A DNA stretch of 64,000 bases. It comes from Octopus vulgaris. Its lineage: Eukaryota. Below are positions 1-12,184 of this stretch, one piece after another. The DNA is taken from positions 2,914,001 to 2,978,000 of the forward strand of contig OX597831.1 in NCBI GenBank assembly GCA_951406725.2. The letters run 5' to 3'. Below the pieces are notes generated by a model that was given only the letters and a program-made list of their open reading frames with translations, was not told the DNA's origin and searched no databases. How positions within the stretch are numbered: position 1 is the stretch's first letter; every line of letters begins with the position of its first letter. A program made the position numbers and the translations under genes.

Positions 1-9
1 CATATGTAC

Positions 10-43
<34 letters not shown>

Positions 44-713
44 ATACATGTGAATGTGAATATGTATATGTGCACGCATGTATGTATGTATGTATGTATA
101 TATGTACGTACGTATGTGTGTGTATCTGTCTGTATATAATATGTACATGTGAATACAGACATAAAAACAACCTGCTCGGTACACAGAATAGAATTGGTAA
201 CGACAATAATAACAGCAGCTGAATTAGTTTTACGTAGTTAATTCTTATTTCGATTCTAACAGAATTGGATCAGAACCTGTCGGGATAACCCGATGACCTC
301 ATAACCTAATGGCCTCGTGACCTGATGACCTCATGACGTTATGCATTCTCCAAGAAAATTAATGGCGTGAGGAGTAAGACTTTGCTGCATTGGCATCAAG
401 TCACATTCCAAATTCTGATTAGATTCTCTTAGAATCGGTAAAAAAAAAAAAAAAAACAGACGATAAAAGAAATTTACTTCGCAGAAAACGTACATTGTAT
501 GTATGCGTGTGTGTATGTATGCATGTATGTATGTATGTGTGTGTGTATGCATATATGCATGTATGTATGCGTGTACGTACGTATGATGTACGTATGTGTG
601 TATGTATGTATGCCTGTATGTATGTGTATAAGTGTCTGTATATATGTATACATAAACACACACACACATATATATACACTCATACATACATACATATATA
701 TGTATATATATAA

Positions 714-758
<45 letters not shown>

Positions 759-800
759 TGTCTGTCTGTATGTATGTATGTATGTATTTATATATATATA

Positions 801-1572
801 CAGGGAGCGATGGGTGAATTGTCGCCATATTGTATTTTTAATTTTGCGCATGCGCATTGTTTGTTTTGGATTTTGACAACTACACAGTATAGTAGGGGCA
901 GTTGGTCACCGTCTGTGAGAAGACAAGCACCATGACGCAATTCACTCTGCCAGAAATTTGGAAGCGACATACTGTATTGCTTGGCATTCGCACTGGAAGC
1001 TCCAATACGAACATTTCAGAGTGTTTGAGTGTCAATCTGAGGACAGTGCAGACGATTCGGAAAGAGTTGGATGAGTCTAATGGCGAGTATGAAGGAACGG
1101 CGGCTTGGAAAACTCACTCTGATCGTTCTGATAAGAAAAGAACTCCTGAATTTGTTGGTGAGATCCAGGTTATGATTGACAAAGGTCCATCGCTATGGGA
1201 GTGTCTGAGTTTCTTGCCAGGCAGGTAATGCATGAAGACATTCGGTATTCCACATACATGATGAAGAAAGAGCCAATTTTTATGCCAAGCCATCAAGGAC
1301 AAGAGGAAAGACCGCGCTACGAGGTTTTTGAACAAAATCAAGCATCCCCTCCAATCGAACATGCTTTGCTTTTTCTCAGACGAGAAGAATTTCTGCCAGG
1401 ATCTGATGGTGAACACATAGCACAAGCGTTGGCCTGTCGTGTCCCTAAAACACGTAACGAGAATGATTAAAATTAAGCCTCCAGTCAACATCATGGTGTC
1501 TGGAGTGATCACTTAGTGGTGGTGACATTATACCTCCATTCATATTTCCACGCGGCCTCAAACTTAACACTG
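801..1572 (+). mobile_element. Tc1/mariner-superfamily DNA transposon, 5' part with a frameshifted transposase pseudogene (possibly maT/DD37D-like)
   Basis: Starts CAGGG after a (TA)n run. Translation from 932 (MTQFTLPEIWKRH...NISECLSVNLRTVQTIRK) is HTH-like. A second frame gives LCFFSDEKNF (first catalytic D) and IMVSGVIT..GDIIPPFIFPRGLKLNT. Stops and frameshifts are present and the 3' half is missing. Confidence 0.85.
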
Positions 1573-1860
1573 TCCAAATCTCAGGCGCAATCGAAATGCT
1601 TAAGATAATGAAACAAGGTCATGGAGATCTATAAGTTTACAAACTGAAAGATATATCGATAGATATATCAAAGTAGATAGTTAAATCAAAGTAGATAGCT
1701 TTGGGTGTTACGCATTTATCTTTTTTGTGTTGCAGACCAAAGGCTATGCCCGTGCTATCATTTACTTGTTACAACCACTCGACAGCGGCCACGCTGGGGC
1801 ACTGCTTTAAAGGGATCTTAATCGAAAGAATCGATCCTAGGACTAATTATTTTAAAGCCT

Positions 1861-2270
1861 TAGGCGTGGCTGTGTGGTAAGTAGCTTGTTTACCAACCAC
1901 ATGGTTCCGGGTTCAGTCCCACTGTGTGGCACCTTGGGCAAGTGTTTTCTACTATAGCCTCAGGCCGACCAAAGCCTTGTGAGTGGATTTGGTAGACGGA
2001 AACTGAAAGAAGCCCGTCGTATATATGTATATATATGTATGCGTGTGTGTGTTTGTGTGTCTGTGTTTGTCCCCGTAGCATTGCTTGACAGCCGATGCTG
2101 GTGTGTTTATGTCCCCGTAACTTAGCGGTTTGGCAAAAGAGACCGATAGAATAAGTACTGGGCTTACAAAAGAATAAGTCCCGGGGTCGAGTTGCTCGAT
2201 TAAAGGCGGTGCTCCAGCATGGCCGCAGTCAGATGACTGAAACAAATAAAAGAGTAAAAGAGTAAAAGAG
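1861..2270 (+). mobile_element. tRNA-derived CORE-SINE (octopus OR2-like), full length
   Basis: A-box-like TGGCTGTGTGGTAAG, B-box-like GGTTCAGTCCC, CORE-like ACCTTGGGCAAGTG, internal (TA)/(TG) tract, 3' GGCGGTGCTCCAGCATGGCCGCAGTC and (AAAGAGTA)n tail. More than 15 related copies occur in the window. Confidence 0.85.
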
Positions 2271-2769
2271 TATTCTACCTTTGTGATGACAACGGGATGG
2301 AGTTTGGTCTTGATAAGTATGCCAAAGCCACATTCCAGAAGAGGAAATTGAAGACATCAAATTCAGTCGTGTTAGATGTTGACACAGTTATAAAATAAAT
2401 TGAGCAGGAAGCAAACTTACTGATAGCTCGGAACAAATGAAGGCTCTGGCATTCAGCACGCAAGCATGAAATAGAAATGTCAAAGGAGAGTTCGAGCAGT
2501 CCTTAAATGAGCTAAATACATATGACAAGGTGTTAACCATAAATTCCTTGGCAGTTCCAGTTGTCACTTATAGCTTCAATGTGTTCAACTGGAATATCAG
2601 CGAAAAGAAGAAAACTGACAGAAAAATACGTAAGCTGCTGACTTGTAAATAAGATGCACCGCCAAAAGGTGGATGTGGATCGTCTTTACTTTCTCAGAAT
2701 CCAAGGAGATCGAGGCGTGGTCTAGATTGAACTCTCTTACAAAACCGCCTCAACTAAACTGGCTAAATA

Positions 2770-3003
2770 CCTATTTCTTTACTACCCACAAGGGGCTACA
2801 CACAGAGGGGACAAACAAGGACAGACAAACGGATTGAGTCGATTATATCGACCCCATTGCGTAACTGGTACTTAATTTATCGACCCCGAAAGGATGAAAG
2901 GCAAAGTCGACCTCGGCGGAATTTGAACTCAGAACGTAGCGGCAGACGAAATGCGGCTACGCATTTCGCCCGGCGTGCTAACGTTTCTGCCAGCTCGCCG
3001 CCT
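2770..3003 (-). mobile_element. tRNA-derived SINE with Meta-domain-like core, nested in the R4/Dong element
   Basis: Minus strand reads GGCGGCGAGCTGGCAGAAACG...GAGTTCAAATTCCGCCGAGGTCGACTTTGCCTTTCATCCTTTCGGGGTCGATAAATTAAGTACCAG. Flanked by the direct repeat CTAAATACCT. Confidence 0.85.
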
Positions 3004-3353
3004 AAATACCTTTGAAACAACTAGTGACTGGATGTTAAAAGTCGATGAAAATCACGAGAGGTGTGTAAAAAGCTTCATTTTGTCATGATGCCCAAGGTGG
3101 ACCGCCCGAGGGAAGTGCGGCAACTCTTGTTGCAAAGAAGGTGAAATTAATGGCAAGGAAAAAAGCGTATAAGCAACTGGCTGATAGGTGGTAGCAGAAA
3201 CTTCTGCAAGACAAACATGTTGTTCGTAGCAAGTCAGCTGATGTTGACCAGAAGCAAGACACATCAACGGCTACGGAGCTCAGAGCTGAAGGCAGAGGGT
3301 GAAGGCTTCATCTTAGCTGCTCAAGAAAAGCCAAAGTGATGAAAAATGGAGGA

Positions 3354-3557
3354 CAGTAATCTCTTGACAATCACGGGTGTTACGTTCCAAAACCTCCCAC
3401 AGAAATACTTAAAAATCTAAAAAATATATAAATACCTATCCGCAGAAACCCGCGATATACTGAGGAGTCCGCGATATAAACGTACATATATTAGCCAGAA
3501 AATCCGCGTTATACAGAGTGCGCGAAAGGTGAACCGCGATATGGCGAGGGCTTACTG
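3354..3557. mobile_element. pogo/Tigger-like MITE
   Basis: Termini CAGTAATCTCTTG ... CGAGGGCTTACTG followed by TA. A related copy lies at 63307-63520. Confidence 0.75.
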
Positions 3558-4244
3558 TAGATCTAAATGCCGATTTAGACCACCTAATCTCTGGATGTAA
3601 AGTATTAACACCAGTGGAGTATAAATCAAGACAGGTTTGACCAATATTTACACTGGTTAATATATTGGCATTATAAAATCAAAACTGTTGACAAATCGCA
3701 TCAGCACCACCCCGAGGGAGAAAATGTAATGATTCTTTGGGACTTTCCAATACACACAGACAGAATCATCAAAGCTAGTAAACCGGATGTTATTGTGAAA
3801 GACCAAAACAATGAAGCCTATTTATTGATCGACGTGAGTATTCCTTCTAATCATAATGTCTCGGCAAAAGAATTTGACAAGCTCAGGAAATATAAAGATT
3901 TGCGCATTGAAATGGAAAACGTGGTATCTCAAAGCGGTTACAATACTAGTGATTGTAGGAGCACTTTGAATGATCAAAAAAGGAGCTGAAAATTATTTGA
4001 GAATGTTCTCTGGCTTATCATGTATGCAAGAAGTGTAAAAGGTTGTTTTAACTAGTACGTTACACGTACTGAGAAGAGACTTGTCACTGTGAGAACGATT
4101 ACCGTACGTGGATTTTTTTTTCACCTAACTTCATTCTGTTTGGTAAAGGGACACTCTGATGTGCTTATTTTAATGGCCTATCAGTGAGGTTTTTTTTGTT
4201 TGCCCTAGGTGTCAGGAAGACACTCGAGACTAATTTTAAATGTT

Positions 4245-4364
4245 TGCCTCCTTGGCACAGCCAGAATAATCAGGAAAGTATTAGAGAGTTGAAAAGAACA
4301 GATAGCATGGTACCGTAGGCTGTAGGTAGCAAGCCCGCTACACATGCAAGACTCCAGGAATTTC

Positions 4365-4419
<55 letters not shown>

Positions 4420-4430
4420 TTAATAATAAT
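4245..4430 (+). mobile_element. 3' end of a second R4/Dong-like LINE with (AAT)n tail
   Basis: 4245-4292 translates CLLGTARIIRKVLES*, followed by a short 3' UTR and (AAT)n at 4364-4430. Confidence 0.75.
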
Positions 4431-4833
4431 CCTTACTACTGGTGGCACAAGGCCTCAACTTTGTGGGGAGGGAACTAGCCGATTACATCGATCCCAGAAA
4501 GGATGAAAGGCAAAGTCAACCTCGGCGGAATTTGAACTCAGAATATAAAGTCAGAGGAAATACCACAATGCATTTCGGCCGGCGTGCTAACGATCCTTCC
4601 AGATTGCCAATAATAATAATGGTTTCAAATTTTAACACAAGGCCAGAAATTCCGGGGGAGGGGTAAGATGATTACATCGACCGCAGTATTTAACTGGTAC
4701 TTATTTTATCAACCCTGAAAGGATGAGAGGTAAAGTCTACCTTGGCGGCATTTGAACTCTAAACGTAAATACACACGAAATGCCGCTAAGCATTTTGCCC
4801 AGTGTGCTAACGATTCTGCCACCTCACCGCCAT
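4431..4833 (-). mobile_element. Two tandem Meta-domain SINE copies
   Basis: Two copies of AAGGATGA.AGG.AAAGTC.ACCT.GGCGG.ATTTGAACTC separated by short (AAT)n. Confidence 0.75.
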
Positions 4834-4891
4834 TATAATTATATTTATGTAGTTATAATTATAATAGCAAAAACAAAAACAACAACAACAA

Positions 4892-5305
4892 TAGGCGCAG
4901 GTGTGGCTGTGTGGTAAGTAGCTTGTTTACCAACCACATGGTTCTGGGTTCAGTCCCATTGCGTGACACCTTGGGCAAGTGTTTTCTACTATAGTCTCGG
5001 GCCGACCAAAGCCTTGTGAGTGGATTTGGTAGGCGGAAACTGAAAGAAGCCCGTCGTATATATGTATATATATATATGCGTGTGTGTGTTTGTGTGTCTG
5101 CGTTTGTCCCCCTAGCATTGCTTGACAACCGATGCTGGTGTGTTTATGTCCCTGTTACTTAGCGGTTCGGCAAAAGAGACCGATAGAATAAGTACTGGGC
5201 TTACAAAAGAATAAGTCCTGGGGTCGATTTGCCCGACTAAAGGCGGTGCTCCAGCATGGCCGCAGTCAAATGACTGAAACAAATGAAAGAGTAAAAGAGA
5301 GTAAG
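4892..5305 (+). mobile_element. OR2-like CORE-SINE, full length
   Basis: Near-identical to 1861-2270. Confidence 0.85.
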
Positions 5306-5429
5306 AGTGCGCGAAAGGTAAACCGCGATATGGCGAGGGATTACTGTAGATCTAAATGCCGATTTAGACCCCCTAATCTCTGGATGTAAAGTATTAGCAC
5401 CAGTGGAGTATAAATCAAGGCAACAATAA

Positions 5430-5904
5430 TAATTATGCAATGATTCAGTGCGGTCACCTGACCAGACATCGGAAACCGGACATTTGTTGTGGTGAATAAA
5501 AAAAAAATTAAAAAAAGAACTTGCATGATAATCGGCAGAGCATTTCCCGGTGACAACAGGATCAAAGAGAAAGAAGAAAAACTGAACAACTACGGCGATT
5601 TGAAGAGGGGAACATATAAAGGTTGTGATCAATGAGGAGCAGACGTGATACCAATAGTAATTTGGTGCACTTGGAAGTATCGGCACTCAACTACCAGCAT
5701 GGCTCAAAAAGATTGGTACAAATGTAAAGATAGAACACCTACAAAAATCAACATTGCTTGGAACTGCAAGAATTCTTCGCAAGGTTCTTGAAGCATGACC
5801 AATAAACAAGTATCAACTTAGTCTGCTGGCTGTAAACAGATGACACTTTCCATCATACCCAGCAAAATAAGCTGAGAGCTATCATCAAATAGTAATAATA
5901 ATAA
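5430..5904 (+). mobile_element. 3' end of a third R4/Dong-like LINE
   Basis: HRKPDI motif near 5467. 5648-5798 translates IPIVIGALGSIGTQLPAWLKKIGTNVKIEHLQKSTLLGTARILRKVLEA*, then UTR and (AAT)n. Confidence 0.8.
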
Positions 5905-6325
5905 TGGCTTCAAATTTGTGCACAGGGCCAGCAATTCCGGGTGGGGTGGCTAAATCAATTACATCGATCCCATTACTCAACTGCTATTTATTTTATCGAC
6001 CCTGAAAGGATGAAAAGCAAAGTCGACTTTGGCAGAATCTGAACTTAAATCGTAAAGACGGCCGAAATGCCGCTAAGCATTTGCGCCCAGCATGCTAACG
6101 ATTTTGATAATGATTTCAAATTTTTACCACAAGGGAAGCTTGGGGGAGGGAATTAAATCGATTACATCGACCCCAGTGTTTCACTGGGACTTAATTTATC
6201 GACCCCAGAAGGATGAAAAGCAAAGTCGACCTCAGCGGAATTTGAACTCAGAAGGTAGCGACGGGCGAAATACTGCTAAGCATTCCATGCTGCGTGCTAA
6301 CAATTCTGCAGAGCTCGCCGCCTTT
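5905..6325 (-). mobile_element. Two further Meta-domain SINE copies
   Basis: Same core sequence as 2770-3003. Confidence 0.75.
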
Positions 6326-6571
6326 CTAACGATTCTAATAATCAAATCAATGCGAACAGTTGCTAAGCTTCAGAATATTGCAGTTCTTAAGATGAAAGAT
6401 TGAAAAGTAGTTGTATAGTATCAACTTAATGTGACAGTCCCATGAAGGGAATAATACTACTGCTATTTAGCCCAAGGAAGCATCAACGCTTCCTGTCGGC
6501 CTTGACACATTTCTTGTGTCCTTATGTTTACAAGGGGGAGACAAGCACCTCCACCCAGCTAAGCCAGCAAT

Positions 6572-6610
6572 CAGAGACTAGTTTCTGAGTATTTGCTCGT
6601 CATCAGTCTG
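6572..6610 (-). ncRNA. Minimal type I hammerhead ribozyme
   Basis: Minus strand: CAGA-CTGATGA-CGAG-CAAATA-CTCA-GAAAC-TA-GTC-TCTG. Intact CUGAUGA/GAAA core, GUC triplet, stem I CAGA/TCTG, palindromic ACTAGT stem III. Stem II has a C-A mismatch at its base. Confidence 0.75.
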
Positions 6611-6754
6611 GAGTAGCATGGCCTGCTAGTCGGAGATGCCCGTCTAGCCCCTGTAAACATATAATTATTGTAAGGAAATACATTCACTGATTTCAAAAAT
6701 AGAAATAATGCACAGAGATTTTATGCAGCAGTGATACGATAAAGTAGTTGTATA

Positions 6755-6977
6755 CTCTTTTACTCTTTTACTCTTTTACTTGTTTCAGTCATTTGACTGC
6801 GGCCAAGCTGGAGCACCGCCTTTAGTCGAGCAAATCGACCCCGGGACTTATTCTTTGTAAGCCCAGTACTTATTCTATCGGTCTCTTTTGCCGAATCGCT
6901 AAGTTACGGGAACGTAAAGACACCGGCATCGGTTGTCAAGCAATGCTAGAGGGACAAACACAGACACACAAACACAT

Positions 6978-7008
<31 letters not shown>

Positions 7009-7180
7009 CATATATACGACAGGCTTCTTTCAGTTTCCGCCTACCAAATCCACTCACAAGGTATTGGTCGGCCCGGGGCTATAGTGAAGACACTTGCCCA
7101 AGATGCCACGCAGTGGGACTGAACCCGGAACCATGTGGTTGGTTAGCAAGCTACTTACCACACAGCCACTCCTGCGCCTA
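6755..7180 (-). mobile_element. OR2-like CORE-SINE, full length
   Basis: Reverse complement of the 1861-2270 family, with (TACTCTTT)n tail on the left. Confidence 0.85.
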
Positions 7181-7396
7181 TGTCAACTTTTAACTTTTAC
7201 TGTCAACTTCTAACAACATTCTAGAGGTGGATGAGACACATCAGAATTGGGTGGAGAGAAGAAACAAATACTTGGTTCACAGCTTCTAAGCTTACCAGCT
7301 CGCGAGGAGATAAGAGGAGACACGGCGGCAGTAGACTAAAACAGAGGTAGGGACAAAGAAGAGACATGCTGTCAGCAGGATGATAAGTGTTCGACG

Positions 7397-7785
7397 GTGG
7401 AGGCGCAATGGCCCAGTGGTTAGGGCAGCGGACTCGCGGTCGTAGGATCGCGGTTTCGATTCCCAGACCGGGCGTTGTGAGTGTTTATTGAGCGAAAAAC
7501 ACCTAAAAGCTCCACGAGGCTCCGGCAGGGGATGGTGGTGATCTCTGCTGTACTCTTTCACCACAACTTTCTCTCACTCTTACTTCCTGTTTCTGTTGTA
7601 CCTGTATTTCAAAGGGTCGGCCTTGTCACTCTCTGTGTCACGCTGAATATCCCCTGAGAACTACGTTAAGGGTACACGTGTCTGTGGAGTGCTCAGCCAC
7701 TTACACGTTAATTTCACGAGCAGGCTGTTCCGTTGATCGGATCAACCGGAACCCTCGTCGTCGTAACCGACGCAGTGCTTCCTTT
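7397..7785 (+). mobile_element. tRNA-derived SINE of a third family, with a 13-bp target-site duplication
   Basis: Head TGGCCCAGTGGTTAGGGCAGCGGACTCGCGGTCG...GGTTTCGATTCCC (A and B boxes). TSD TAAGTGTTCGACG at 7384-7396 and 7786-7798. Confidence 0.85.
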
Positions 7786-8035
7786 TAAGTGTTCGACGTG
7801 TGTTGGTTGGTCTCAGAATGTTCACCAGTCAATCGTATAACCTGATGCCCTCATGCATTTTCCAGGGAAACTCGTGGCTGGAGAAATGCGAATTAGCTTC
7901 AGTTGGCATAAACTCGTGTCTACAGTCTCTGGTCCACAAACATGCCTCCCCACTGTAGCTTATCGTGTCGTATCGTTACTGCAGGGGTTCTTCACTCAGG
8001 AGCTGGTTGGCTGGTTTATCTACGAGGCTATCTAT

Positions 8036-8440
8036 TCTTTCTTTTCTTTTCTTTTACTTGTTTCAGTCATTTGACTGCGGCCATGCTGGAGCACCGCCTT
8101 TAATCGAGCAACTCGACCCCGGGACTTATTCTTTTGTAAGCCCAGTACTTATTCTATCGGTCTCTTTTGCCGAACCGCTAAGTAACGGGGACATAAACAC
8201 ACCAGCATCGGTTGTCAAGCAATGCTAGTAGGACAAACACAGACACAAACACATACACGCATATATATATATATATACATATATACGACGGGCTTCTTTC
8301 AGTTTCCGTCTACCAAATCCACTCACAAGGCTTTGGTCGGCCAGAGGCTATAGTAGAAGACACTTGCCCAAGGTGCCACACAGTGGGACTGAACCCGGAA
8401 CCATGTGGTTGGTAAACAAGCTACCTACCACACAGCTACT
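8036..8440 (-). mobile_element. OR2-like CORE-SINE
   Basis: Same family as 1861-2270. Confidence 0.85.
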
Positions 8441-9342
8441 CTTTAGCCACTCCAACATAATTTGTCTATCCTTGTCTTGACATCTGTATTGTGTCCATTT
8501 CCGCCTTTCAGAAACCGCACTAAGCACGTCAGTCATTCCTTTCCCGCCAGAACAATCTACTCTCTGGAATCCTTTTTGTGTGCTTTCTCCAGCAGTTGTT
8601 TGTTTCCGCTTTTTCATTTTCAAGACTTATCAACCGTTGTTAGGCGGGGAATTGGCAAAATCTTTTGAATGTTGTGTGTAGAATACTTTGTGTGGTGTCC
8701 ATTCCAACCCTCTGTACTTTGAGTTCAAATCCCACCGAGGCCAACTTTGCCTTTCATCATTTCAAAGGTCAACAAACCACCGAGCCAGTAATACGATTTT
8801 CCCCCCCCTCCCCCTCTCTTTCTTCCTTTCCCTCTCTCTCCTCTCCCTCTCTCTCTCTCTCTCTTCCTTTCCTTCTCTCTCCCCTTCCCCCTCTCTCCCT
8901 TTCTGAAAGAAATCAGTTGTGATCAAAGAAAGAAAGAAATAGGATCCATCTAGGTTTAAATATTTATGCCAAGCTGGCGGATCTCCATCAAGACTTCAGG
9001 ACCCAAGGAAGGAATATAAAGGTTATTGATCCAAGACAAACCATTCTGGTCGTCAGTGTTATTTAACGATGACCACACTTCGTTCTTCCAGACCAATTTG
9101 TCGCCACCTTGTTTGTCTCCTCTCCCACTTAAATTTAAGTAACAAAAAATGTGCAGCACACATATGAACAACGTCTATAGCATATAGACTTGACCTTGAA
9201 GGCACTGCTCTTGACCAAACCAATATATATATACATACTGACATTCATGCATACATACGCGCATACATACATACATACATACATACATACATACATACAT
9301 ACATACATACATACATACATACATACATACATACATACATAC

Positions 9343-9679
9343 ATTATTATTATGGCTGCCCCCTCGTTATCGAGTATGGCCATTGCACGAAGCTTAACTG
9401 CTACTGGTGCTGTGATCGAATGTGACTTTTTAGCCCAGCTAAAGATCTACAATGTCTTGTACAGAATTGGCAACTAAAACCTTTATTGGTAATAGCCGGC
9501 TGTAGTTGTAACTGGGCTTCATGTACGTTTGCATGTCGTTTAAGTCCTCCTGCCGAATTACACTCTCTTCCACATGCCCGACAGATATGATTAGTATGGT
9601 GTGTTACACCACCACCAGTGGCTAGGTTGTCACTTATCTGTCTCGTTTTATGACTACGAAGATGGCTCTTGAGTTCAGC

Positions 9680-9683
<4 letters not shown>
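9343..9683 (-). mobile_element. 5'-truncated RTE-like LINE 3' end encoding C2H2 zinc fingers
   Basis: Translates SHLRSH...CRACGRECNSAGGLKRHANVH...CQFCTRHCRSLAGLKSHIRSQHQ*, then a short UTR and (TAA)3 tail. Embedded in (ATGT)n. Homologous to 19657-20106. Confidence 0.75.
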
Positions 9684-9729
<46 letters not shown>

Positions 9730-9872
9730 CTACTCTACCGTAATAGCTTCAACTTACGGCACCTAACATTGTCACATGACATTAAAGAATGGACGTAGCG
9801 GGGCACTTACCAAAACTTTCTAAGCCTAATCACGCGTTCATCCTCAGCCAATCAAATCGTATCCAAAACAGA

Positions 9873-10076
9873 GACTAATTTGTGCCATATTCTCACTATT
9901 TGTGCCATATTTGCCAAGCTGTATCGGCCCCTTTGCCTTCCCCTTGGAGAGGAGAGGCCGGTATGCATGGGCGACTGCTGGTCTTCCATAAACAACCTTG
10001 CTCGGACTTGTCCCTGGGAGGGGAACTTTCTAGGTACAATCCCATGGTCAGTCATGACCGAAGGGGGTCTCAGCAG
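9873..10076 (+). mobile_element. SINE 3' half with RTE-related (Ceph-domain-like) body
   Basis: GTATGCATGGGCGACTGCTGGTCTTCCATAAACAACCTTGC...CATGACCGAAGGGGGTCT. A longer reverse copy with a tRNA-like head lies at 51438-51760. Confidence 0.6.
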
Positions 10077-10949
<873 letters not shown>

Positions 10950-11205
10950 TGTATGGATATACATCGCAACGTGGTCTATTTCCTGTCCTCCATGTGGTCA
11001 ATTTCCTGTTCGCCATGCGGTGTTTTCCAACAAACAGTTACCCATAGATCAACATCAAACCACGACACAGTGTGACCTTACTCAACCAATCGCAGCCGAC
11101 CTTAACGGTCATAACAATCGGCATCTGCCATTCAAATTCAAAATGGCTGACGACTAGCTATCACACTTGAAACTCAAAAGTACCAACGAATTTGAATCAA
11201 AACGG

Positions 11206-11291
<86 letters not shown>

Positions 11292-11457
11292 GTGTGTGTA
11301 ATAAATTCTCTTGTGAACGATAAATGAAGGTTCTGTAGAATAAGTGTTAATCATGTTCTATGGACACGAATGTGTCTCTTGAGGTTTGCTGGTGCCTTGC
11401 AAACCTATTGGCAAATAGAACAAGTTGAGGACTCAGTTTAATTGAGTGCTTGTGTGC

Positions 11458-11501
<44 letters not shown>

Positions 11502-11608
11502 AGAATTCACAAAAAAAACAAAGACGAAGACAACAAACAGATGTATTAGTATAACGCTCGGGAAGTAAAAAAGTCTGTTTCGAGCCTATATATATATATA
11601 TATATATA

Positions 11609-11831
11609 CAGGGTGATTCAAAAGTCTCCATGTATGAACAACAACAGGTATCGCCAGGTGTGCTATTACGAGTTCACAATAATTGGGGCAAACGTATTGA
11701 AATGTGTTTTCAAAGCAACGGTGACAATACAGAGCCTGTTAAGTAAAAAGAAGAAAAAAAACTGTTCTTATAACCTGTTTCTTGTAAAAAGAAAATAAAT
11801 TGTTCCTATGTATGCCGACTTTTGAATCACC

Positions 11832-11834
<3 letters not shown>
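11609..11834. mobile_element. Tc1/mariner-type MITE inserted in (TA)n
   Basis: Perfect 18-bp TIR CAGGGTGATTCAAAAGTC / GACTTTTGAATCACCCTG, with TA on both sides. Confidence 0.9.
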
Positions 11835-11893
<59 letters not shown>

Positions 11894-11895
<2 letters not shown>

Positions 11896-12102
11896 TCTCT
11901 TTTACTCTTTTACTTGTTTCAGTCATTTGACTGTGGCCATGCTGGAGCACCGCCTTTAGTCGAGCAAATCGACCCCGGGACTTATTCTTTGTAAGCCCAG
12001 TACTTATTCTATCGATCTCTTTTGCCGAACCGCTAGGTGACGGGGACATAAACACACCAGCATCGGTTGTCAAACAATGCTAGGGGGACAAACACAGACA
12101 CA

Positions 12103-12184
<82 letters not shown>

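Larger units (their letters stand above)
2275..4235 (+). mobile_element. R4/Dong-clade non-LTR retrotransposon remnant (RT C-terminus plus restriction-like endonuclease), interrupted by a SINE and a MITE
   Basis: Decayed translations MEFGLDKYAKATF, KVLTINSLAVPVVTYSF, DVDRLY and LKAEGEGFILAAQE. RLE motif ILWDFPIHTDRIIKASKPDVIVKD...LIDVSIP...KYKDL at 3729-3900. ORF end near 4092. Confidence 0.85.

Noticed and set aside
6401-6420. let-7-like sequence (AAGTAGTTGTATAGT)
   Set aside because: The seed does not match, there is no precursor hairpin, and the sequence is the direct repeat flanking the hammerhead element.
7399-7475. Functional tRNA gene
   Set aside because: It continues directly into a SINE body bounded by a TSD and does not form a complete cloverleaf.
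7200-8660. Possible coding exon or old LINE between the SINEs
   Set aside because: There is no sustained open frame or recognisable motif, so it is too decayed to call.
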